64,000 nt of DNA from an uncultured Candidatus Cloacimonadota bacterium (GTDB lineage: Bacteria > Cloacimonadota > Cloacimonadia > Cloacimonadales > JAJBBL01): NCBI GenBank assembly GCA_964490765.1, contig CAZBDV010000004.1:17439-81438 (forward strand), read 5' to 3'. Within the stretch, counting starts at the first letter, position 1, and the number at the start of each line of letters is the position of its first letter. Positions 57,204 to 64,000 of the stretch are shown one piece after another. The position numbers were made by a program, and so were the translations under genes. Under the pieces are notes generated by a model. It did no database searches, had not been told where the DNA came from, and saw only the letters and a program-made list of their open reading frames with translations.

Positions 57204-57233
57204 CTTTCAGGGATTTTTGACAAGTTGAATTCT
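57204..57233 (-). promoter_or_regulatory. candidate sigma70-type promoter for the etfA-amidohydrolase-queE unit
   Basis: The minus strand reads TTGTCA-N18-TATAGT (plus TGACAA 57228-57233, ACTATA 57204-57209), ~70 nt upstream of ATG 57136. Confidence 0.4.
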
Positions 57234-57523
57234 TTCTCAGAACAGAACTCTTTGTCAATGAAATTGTTATAAAAATGAATGAAATCCCCTTATATTTGCC
57301 ACAGAGAACAACAATTACACAATGTTTCACCATCTGTGATGCAGTAATAATTGTAAGTTACTTTAGGGTTAATAATGGGGAGTATACGAGTCGGATACGG
57401 CCGGCTCCTATAGTGGACACTGGTTAATGAGGTGATAATTCCGAAGACGGGAGGAAGATTTTCATTTACATTTTGCCCTGCTAAATTTGACTGGTAAAAA
57501 AAGAACATACCGGAGGTTAACCG

Positions 57524-58132
57524 ATGAAATATTTCAAGAAGCTGACGGGGAAAAAGTGCTATCTATCTCCGATAAATTTAGAAGATGTCGAGAACTTTAC
57601 CGAATGGGTAAATAATTTTCATCTGACCAAGTATCTGACACTTATCAGACAGCAGATCTCGCTGGAGAGGGAACGAGAGATACTGGAGAAACTCTCACGG
57701 GGTGAGCACTACGCAATTATTGATCAGGAATTGAATAAATTGATCGGGATTGCCGGTCTGCACGAGATCAATCATATAGATAATACCTGTGAGTTTGGTC
57801 TTTTTATCGGGGATCCAGATTACTGGAACCAGGGATATGGTGAGGAAGCATCACGCCTATTACTCGATTACGGCTTCAATATACTGAATATGAATAATAT
57901 AATGTTATTGGTTATCGATTATAACTGTCGGGCAGAGAGATGTTACAAGAAGATAGGGTTCAAGGAGATAGGAAGAAGGCGTCAGGCTTATAGAATAGCC
58001 GGTAAGTATTGCGATGTAATCTATATGGATCTGCTGAGTCAGGATTTCAAGAATTCCAGGATAAAGGAACTATTCTCTGAACAGTATGAGAAATCACGAA
58101 AACCCAAAAAACTGGAGCTGGCCGATAAGTAG
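57524..58132 (+). CDS. GNAT-family N-acetyltransferase (RimJ/RimL-like)
   Basis: 202 aa. FGLFIGDPDYWNQGYGEEASRLLLDYGF and GFKEIGRRR are typical of the RimJ/RimL-type Acetyltransf_3 family. GGAGG RBS. Confidence 0.8.
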   Translation: MKYFKKLTGKKCYLSPINLEDVENFTEWVNNFHLTKYLTLIRQQISLEREREILEKLSRGEHYAIIDQELNKLIGIAGLHEINHIDNTCEFGLFIGDPDYWNQGYGEEASRLLLDYGFNILNMNNIMLLVIDYNCRAERCYKKIGFKEIGRRRQAYRIAGKYCDVIYMDLLSQDFKNSRIKELFSEQYEKSRKPKKLELADK

Positions 58133-58178
58133 AATCTGCCAATTCAGGTTATCTTTTTGATTCAGTTGGAGAGGGTCG

Positions 58179-59297
58179 ATGTCGTTATTTGACAGAATTC
58201 AGGGTCAGGATCAGATCATTGAGATGTTGAAACGGGCTATCAGGGAAGAGAAGATAGCTCACAGTTATCTGTTCTATGGTCCGGAAGGGGTTGGCAAGTT
58301 CACCACGGCACTTCTCTCAGCTATGGCAGTGAACTGTCTTGCTGAACCTGAAAAGCGTCCCTGCGGGGTATGTACAGCCTGCACGAAGATCAGCAAGTTC
58401 AATCATCCCGATTTCCTCTATCTCTTTCCCACACCTAATTACAATATGAGCCCGGAGGGTGAGATTAAGGATAACAAGCAACTTAATGAATATGAGAACT
58501 ATCTTCAGGCCAAGCGGGAAAAGCCGTGGGAAGATTTCTTTTTCAGTGGTAATATAGAACTCCGTATGGATAGCATAAAAATGCTGCAGCACAGATTGAA
58601 TTTATCTAGAAGTGAAGCCCGGAACAAGGTTTTTTTGATAGAACGAGCTGATATGATGAATTCCAGTGCTGCCAATTCCTTTCTCAAAACACTGGAAGAG
58701 CCACCAGACGATGTCATTATTATTCTGATAACAACTAAGCCGGAATCGTTACTACCGACGATCATTTCTCGCTGCCAGAAGATCGGTTTTCACAAACTCT
58801 CACGTCAAGTGATAGAGAAAGAGTTGATCGATAACCGGGGTTGTGAGTTGATAACCGCTAAAACCATCGCGCGTATTGCTGATGGTAATATGAAGCGGGC
58901 CTTGAGCCTGGGTGATGAACAGAAGACCGAATCGAGACAGAGCGTTCTCAATCTTATTGGAATACTAATGCAAGGAGATGATACGAGCTTCATCGCCTAT
59001 ATAGATAAATATAAGACTCTCAAGAATGTCAGTGAACTGAAAGAGGTGATTCAGAACCTCATCATCTGGTTGTGCGATATTGCCTGCTTCAATATCAGCC
59101 CTGATGAGATAGTTAACATAGATCGTCTGGAATTGATAGAGAAGATAGCCAACAACAATCCTCTTCTGGAAGAAGATGTCAGTGGAATAATCTCATATCT
59201 GGAGAAAATGCTCAAGCGGCTGGATGGCAACGTTAATCCACATCTGGTAGGAATAGATATCTATTTTCAACTGAAACCTTATTTTGTAAGTGCATAA
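58179..59297 (+). CDS. holB: DNA polymerase III subunit delta-prime
   Basis: HSYLFYGPEGVGKFT (degenerate Walker A), Zn-module CGVCTACTKI, SAANSFLKTLEEPP, and the SRCQ sensor motif. Confidence 0.85.
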   Translation: MSLFDRIQGQDQIIEMLKRAIREEKIAHSYLFYGPEGVGKFTTALLSAMAVNCLAEPEKRPCGVCTACTKISKFNHPDFLYLFPTPNYNMSPEGEIKDNKQLNEYENYLQAKREKPWEDFFFSGNIELRMDSIKMLQHRLNLSRSEARNKVFLIERADMMNSSAANSFLKTLEEPPDDVIIILITTKPESLLPTIISRCQKIGFHKLSRQVIEKELIDNRGCELITAKTIARIADGNMKRALSLGDEQKTESRQSVLNLIGILMQGDDTSFIAYIDKYKTLKNVSELKEVIQNLIIWLCDIACFNISPDEIVNIDRLELIEKIANNNPLLEEDVSGIISYLEKMLKRLDGNVNPHLVGIDIYFQLKPYFVSA

Positions 59298-59334
59298 GAT
59301 AGGATTAAGCAAATAGAAGTCAGAAAAAGGTAAG

Positions 59335-60429
59335 ATGATTTTTCGAAAACTGTTCTACTCTCTGTTTATCTGCTTTATCACCGTTATCTCTCTCTTCTCC
59401 AGCGAGGGGGAAGAGGAGGCGGTAAGCAGAAACGATATTGCAATTCTCCCTTATCTTTCCTATGCCTCTGAAACCGGGTTTTCTGGTGGGTTATTAAGCA
59501 GCCTGAACCTCTATAACCTTTTGTTCAGAGAGGATAATCTCAGGTTGCTGACCAGTGTTCAATATACACAAAAAAAGCAGATCGCTGTCAATCTTAATCA
59601 GTATTATCTCTCTGGAGCGAAGGGGGTCTATACAGGTATAGACTTCGGTTATAAGTACTGGCCAGACGATTTTTACGGGGTCGGGATAACTACCCGGCAG
59701 AGTTTTGAGGAGAGTTATATCTCCAGAGAATTTGAGGTTGAATGGAATATCGGCAAACGGATTTATCGTGAATGGACCCTCGGCTTGATTGCTAGCTTTG
59801 CCGACTACTCGCTAAAGCTCGGTCCTGACAATCCTCTTCTCTTATCCGGTACAATTCCTGGGAGTTCAGGAGGAAGGGTGACCGGTACTGGATTGGTGGC
59901 AACCAGAGACAGGCGGAACAGTAGTTTTTTTGCTACGAGTGGTGATTTTATACAGTTGAGTGGAACTATCTATAATGAAAATATTGGGGGGGATTTCTCC
60001 TTCAACCGTTACACTCTCGATTTGAGAAAGTATCTTCCTCTGACTGAGAAGCAATCAATCTCTTTTCAATTATATACAGGTTACCAGTCTGATGGTGTCC
60101 CATTTCAGAATATGTTTCAGCTTGGAGACTACCTGAGAGCTTTCCCAACCAGCAGGTATATCGATAAGTCAGTGATAATAGCCCGGTCTGAGTATCGAGT
60201 TTTTCCCTGGGATAGCTGGTTACTCCGGCGTACAGGTATCGTATTATTCGCTGAAACCGGTAATCTGTCTGATAGTTTTGGAGATTGGGAACCCGGTAAG
60301 CAGAAATTTTCGTTCGGTGCTGGAGGTAGATATCGCCTTATAGAAGGAGAGGGTATGCTGCTGCGATTTGATATCGGGTTTTCTTCGGAATCTGTTAATA
60401 TTCTCTTTGTAGCCAGAGAGGCATTTTAA
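59335..60429 (+). CDS. Omp85/surface-antigen-type outer-membrane beta-barrel protein (no POTRA seen)
   Basis: Signal peptide, alternating beta-strand pattern, and a C-terminal ...ILFVAREAF ending in Phe (OMP beta-signal). Family-level call only. Confidence 0.6.
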   Translation: MIFRKLFYSLFICFITVISLFSSEGEEEAVSRNDIAILPYLSYASETGFSGGLLSSLNLYNLLFREDNLRLLTSVQYTQKKQIAVNLNQYYLSGAKGVYTGIDFGYKYWPDDFYGVGITTRQSFEESYISREFEVEWNIGKRIYREWTLGLIASFADYSLKLGPDNPLLLSGTIPGSSGGRVTGTGLVATRDRRNSSFFATSGDFIQLSGTIYNENIGGDFSFNRYTLDLRKYLPLTEKQSISFQLYTGYQSDGVPFQNMFQLGDYLRAFPTSRYIDKSVIIARSEYRVFPWDSWLLRRTGIVLFAETGNLSDSFGDWEPGKQKFSFGAGGRYRLIEGEGMLLRFDIGFSSESVNILFVAREAF

Positions 60430-60444
60430 CCGGATAAGGGTTGC

Positions 60445-61953
60445 TTATTGTTTGTCGTCCTCATCAAAGACGACTATCTCATCGGCCGGTTTCGTGTAAT
60501 CCTGGAATTGAACATCCTTAGTGGTCTGGAATTTTTCCAGTATCCTGGTTACTCGTTCTACGGAGAGCTTGATGTTCTGCATATAGTTTTTCTGTTTTTC
60601 GCTAATATCCTTATCTTTCAAACTCTCTTGCAGAAGCTCGAGGTTACCGACAATCACCATCAGGGGTTGATTTATCTCGTGACTGGCTGTAATAGCCATA
60701 GCTAAAGCAGCACTGGTTTTGGCAAGTTTCAACCTGCTTTCAACCTTCTGCTCGATCTTCTTCAATTCATGGTCACGTTCGACATTGGCAAACTTGATCG
60801 TCTCCCTCTCGGCATGAATCTCTTCACTGAGCCTGATATATTTCTTGTAATAATCATAAGCTTCGGTATAGGCATTCACATAATGGTAATAATCAGAGAT
60901 AGTTTTGTAGGCATCTTTGATTAATTCCTTGTTGTCAGTATTATCCAGCATGATAATTACTTCATCTACTGCTTTCTCAGCAGCCTCTTTGGCGTCGAGT
61001 TTCATGTATACTGTGATGAGATTCAAAAGGGAGTTTAATCGGTCTCCTGTTGTTATGGTCTGCTTATTCTCTTCGAAAGCATTCGGGGATTCTACCGTTT
61101 CGTCTCTGATCTTCATTGCTTCCGCATAGCAGTTCCTGGCTTCATCGAATTGTTTGAGATTACGATAAATCATGCCCAGATCATTCAAGACCTCATACAT
61201 CAGGTCTTTATTAACTGTTCTCGATACATTAGTCTTTGCTTCTTTCAGGTACTCTAATGCCCGGTCATATTGATATCTTCGCCAGTAAAGGAGACCGAGA
61301 TTGATCTGGGTATAGATCATCCCATCGAGATTTTCCAGATCCTGGTAGATTGTCAGAGAGCGGAGGAAATAATCGAGAGCCTGATCGTATGAAGAAGATT
61401 TGTTAAGGAGATTTCCAAGGTTGATCAGTGTTGAAGCTGTTAAGAGTTTATCTGAATGCTTCTCTGACCAGTCGAGAAGCTCAGTATAATGCTTGATTGA
61501 CGACTTATGATCGTTTAGAGTGTAGAATAGTGAGGCTATATTCTGTAATAATGAACCTTCGACCTTACTATCTCTGTCTGTTTCCCTGCTGATCTCCAGT
61601 GCTCTCTGATAGTCGTCTAAAGCCTGCCTGTGGTCTCCTCCGGATCTCTTAATATCACCCTTCAATATCAATGCTTCCGCTTGACGGGGGATGTTATGGG
61701 AACCGGCAAAAGCCTCTGCTCTCTCTGCACAGTCTAACGCCTCTTTATAATGCTTCAGCCGTTTGTGAGAATCGGCGAGTAACAACAGACACTCAAACTC
61801 CTGCTCATGCATCTTGTTTTCGCGGGCAGTTATCAGAGCAGTATTGGCATAAAGGATAGTCTTCTCTGGATCAGTAAAAATGTCACCCTTTGCTTCGATG
61901 AGTATTTCGTTAATCTGTTCAGAAGTAGATCTAAAAATTTCGTCTCTATCCAT
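60445..61953 (-). CDS. TPR-repeat protein with C-terminal HisKA (DHp) domain and no HATPase domain
   Basis: ~380 aa of TPR-like repeats, a coiled segment, then the H-box ITASHEINQPLMVIVGNLELL. Only ~65 aa follow before the stop, and the convergent neighbour ends 15 nt away. Confidence 0.7.
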   Translation of the reverse strand: MDRDEIFRSTSEQINEILIEAKGDIFTDPEKTILYANTALITARENKMHEQEFECLLLLADSHKRLKHYKEALDCAERAEAFAGSHNIPRQAEALILKGDIKRSGGDHRQALDDYQRALEISRETDRDSKVEGSLLQNIASLFYTLNDHKSSIKHYTELLDWSEKHSDKLLTASTLINLGNLLNKSSSYDQALDYFLRSLTIYQDLENLDGMIYTQINLGLLYWRRYQYDRALEYLKEAKTNVSRTVNKDLMYEVLNDLGMIYRNLKQFDEARNCYAEAMKIRDETVESPNAFEENKQTITTGDRLNSLLNLITVYMKLDAKEAAEKAVDEVIIMLDNTDNKELIKDAYKTISDYYHYVNAYTEAYDYYKKYIRLSEEIHAERETIKFANVERDHELKKIEQKVESRLKLAKTSAALAMAITASHEINQPLMVIVGNLELLQESLKDKDISEKQKNYMQNIKLSVERVTRILEKFQTTKDVQFQDYTKPADEIVVFDEDDKQ

Positions 61954-62586
61954 ATCATCTTCCTCTCACTGCTGTGTCTCTTTCTCTGACGGATCGTTTT
62001 GCAATCTATTATATAAAAAACAGTGACCATTAATCCAGCTAACTAAGCAAAAAAAAACTACTCCTATTTGTCAATAGATTTCTCTTATTTTTATCATTTA
62101 ACAACCCTTTTACTGAACTTTCTTGATATAACCGGGCTTTGTATTAGTTGTTACTACTGATTTCGGTATAATTGCCATCAGAAATGGATTATGTGGAAAT
62201 CGAGCAGTTCACAAAAGACAATACGCTTGTTATATTGCTCAAGTAGCCACGTCTAGCTTTAATAACAGTTTGAATTACAGTCCAATACTACAAGTTTGCG
62301 AATTTAGGTGTCCAGCCCCGAGGCCTGAAGGGATGTGCAGGAGCAGGTTATAGCTCTATTGTCTCTATCTCTGTACTCAGCTAGCAAAAAAAGAAAGCAG
62401 AAATAAATGAAAATCCTTGACATTTGTTAAGCAGTAGGGATTTTATACAATTAGTGCGTGACAGGGAAAAATAGCGGGCGAAGGGTAATAGACGTTAACT
62501 TATTTGTGACACACAACTTACAATCAGGACTCGCCAATCTGTTGCTATTTATTAAATTCAATAATTTGATATAAACGGGGGAGCCG

Positions 62587-64000
62587 ATGTTTACAAAGAT
62601 ACGTAAGCGAAACGGGCAGTATGTAGAGTTTCAATCGGAGAAGATCACAGAAGCTATGTTTAAGGCGGGTCAGGCAACGGGAGAATTTGACAAGGAGATG
62701 GCCGAGAAGTTGACCTGTCGAGTAATCAATCTTGCCCAGCAGATTTTATCACACAAAGTTCCGTCAGTAGAGGAGTTTCAGGATATAGTTGAAGAGGTAT
62801 TACTCACCTCACCTTATAAGAAGACGGCAAAATCTTACATTCTCTTTCGAGAACAGCGTTCCCAGATCCGGGATATAGTTTCCAATGCCCGTATCAATAT
62901 GATTGATGATTATATAGATAGGGCAGATTGGCAGGTTCAGGAGAATAGCAATATGTCATATTCACTTCAGGGCTTGAATAATTATCTTGCTTCTGAAGTT
63001 AGTAAGGCATACTGGTTGAATAAGATCTATCCACCTGAGATCAGGAATGCTCATCAGGATGGAGATTTTCATATTCATGATCTCGGGATCATCTCAGTAT
63101 ATTGTGTAGGCTGGGATTTGATGGACTTACTTGTTACCGGTTTCAGGGGTGTCGAAGGTAAGGTAGAGAGCAAGCCGGCAAAGCACTTCCGTTCTGTTTT
63201 GGGCCAGATGGTAAACTTTTTCTATACTTTGCAGGGAGAGGCAGCCGGAGCTCAGGCCTTTTCCAATTTCGATACTCTACTTGCTCCCTTCATTCGTTAC
63301 GATAAACTGAGCTATAAAGAAGTTAAACAGGCAATGCAGGAGTTTATCTTCAATATCAATGTACCGACCAGAGTTGGATTTCAGACCCCTTTTACCAATA
63401 TCTCGCTTGATCTTAACGTTCCTTCAACTTTTGCAGAAACACCAGTTATCATCGGTGGTGAGCAACAGGAGGGGACATATAGTGATTTTCAAAAAGAGAT
63501 GGATATGCTTAACAGAGCATTTCTCGAGGTTATGACCGAAGGGGATGCTAAGGGTAGAGTCTTTACCTTCCCAATACCAACTTACAGTATAACAAAAGAT
63601 TTTGACTGGGATAACGAGAATCTGAAGTACCTCTGGGAAGTAACGGCAAAATACGGGATCCCCTATTTCTCCAATTTTGTCAATTCCGACCTCAAACCGG
63701 AAGATGCACGTTCCATGTGTTGCCGCCTTAGGCTCGATACCAGAACTCTGGCAGCCAGGGGTGGTGGCCTGTTTGGTGCCAATCCCCTGACCGGCTCTGT
63801 TGGTGTGGTTACGGTGAATCTTCCCCGACTTGGTTATCTTGCAAATGATGAGTCTGAATTTTTTGGCCAGCTTGACGATATGCTCACTCTGGCCCGGAGA
63901 TCCCTGGAGATCAAAAGAAAAATACTCGAGAAACTTACCGATAATGGGTTGTATCCCTATTCCAAATTCTATCTGCGTATGATAAAAGAGAGGTTCGGGA
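62587..64000 (+). CDS. nrdD: anaerobic ribonucleoside-triphosphate reductase (class III), 5' part; continues beyond the window
   Basis: Not in the ORF track because there is no stop in the window. Hand translation from ATG 62587 (GGGGGAG RBS) gives MFTKIRKRNGQYVEFQSEKI (ATP-cone), then YPPEIRNAHQDGDFHIHDLG, FYTLQGEAAGAQAFSNFDT and RSMCCRLRLD. Confidence 0.93.
   Translation, partial: MFTKIRKRNGQYVEFQSEKITEAMFKAGQATGEFDKEMAEKLTCRVINLAQQILSHKVPSVEEFQDIVEEVLLTSPYKKTAKSYILFREQRSQIRDIVSNARINMIDDYIDRADWQVQENSNMSYSLQGLNNYLASEVSKAYWLNKIYPPEIRNAHQDGDFHIHDLGIISVYCVGWDLMDLLVTGFRGVEGKVESKPAKHFRSVLGQMVNFFYTLQGEAAGAQAFSNFDTLLAPFIRYDKLSYKEVKQAMQEFIFNINVPTRVGFQTPFTNISLDLNVPSTFAETPVIIGGEQQEGTYSDFQKEMDMLNRAFLEVMTEGDAKGRVFTFPIPTYSITKDFDWDNENLKYLWEVTAKYGIPYFSNFVNSDLKPEDARSMCCRLRLDTRTLAARGGGLFGANPLTGSVGVVTVNLPRLGYLANDESEFFGQLDDMLTLARRSLEIKRKILEKLTDNGLYPYSKFYLRMIKERFG

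Noticed and set aside
57137-57223. 29-codon N-terminal extension of the EtfA ORF.
   Set aside because: The extension starts at a non-ATG codon inside the putative promoter. ATG 57136 has a GGAGA RBS and starts directly at the ferredoxin domain.
57290-57508. 72-aa minus-strand ORF in the etfA/GNAT divergent spacer (Cys-rich tail CNCCSLWQI).
   Set aside because: It has no RBS and an odd composition, and it would sit upstream of the candidate etfA promoter. It is probably a chance ORF. The spacer does contain a 7-bp hairpin (GAGTCGG atacgg CCGGCTC, about 57350-57369), which I could not assign to any known RNA.
62184-62246. 20-codon sORF (MDYVEIEQFTKDNTLVILLK) in the long spacer.
   Set aside because: It has no Shine-Dalgarno sequence and nothing distinctive. 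I cannot separate it from chance.
62300-62350. SRP (4.5S) RNA-like elements (CCTGAAGG tetraloop-like, GGAGCAGG resembling GGAAGCAGC).
   Set aside because: I could not build the required long hairpin. The flanks do not pair, and the conserved symmetric or asymmetric loop sequences are not present.
62440-62586. Cobalamin, ZTP/pfl or purine/2'-dG riboswitch in the nrdD leader (AGGGAA and CGTGAC strings caught my eye).
   Set aside because: The leader lacks the B12 box and the GGTG..AATCC core, the CCGCCTGGGC-type 3' ZTP sub-domain, and the purine-riboswitch loops. I also could not find a convincing 16-bp NrdR box.

Overview
The window is densely coding, with about 50 CDS, short intergenic gaps and many overlapping stop/start codons. 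It reads as ordinary chromosomal core from an anaerobic, amino-acid-fermenting bacterium. My taxonomic guess is an FCB-group or Cloacimonadota-like organism. That guess is inference only, based on two secreted proteins ending in the FPNPFNP-type T9SS C-terminal sorting domain, a fused FTCD, GdhA, an acyl-CoA dehydrogenase, and NuoE/NuoF-like flavin-bifurcation modules.

Housekeeping genes I recognise:
- gyrB-gyrA, and yebC-ruvC-ruvA-rsmB
- an EF-G paralogue
- trxA, holB and gpsA
- queH and queE
- an ABC-F ATPase
- rlmD
- a 5'-partial nrdD that runs off the right edge and is absent from the ORF track

By eye I found no rRNA, tRNA, CRISPR array, transposase, integrase, phage gene or defence-type gene. 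I do not see a clear-cut novel multi-gene system.

The items most worth a second look:
1. A ferredoxin-fused EtfA with no EtfB, apparently co-operonic with an amidohydrolase, QueE and a small two-domain unknown.
2. A NuoE/NuoF/(2Fe-2S + GltD + truncated molybdopterin-oxidoreductase) trio that resembles the Sporomusa-type Nfn (Stn) transhydrogenase.
3. A near-perfect CIRCE inverted repeat in front of three tandem hsp20 genes.
4. A G8 tract that frameshifts a lipoprotein gene.
5. A TPR protein carrying a histidine-kinase H-box but no ATPase domain.
6. A 1086-aa Met/Gln/Glu-rich coiled-coil membrane protein, translationally chained to gpsA and a radical SAM gene.
7. A 633-bp unexplained non-coding stretch upstream of nrdD.

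All functional calls come from motif recognition in the supplied translations. No database search was run.
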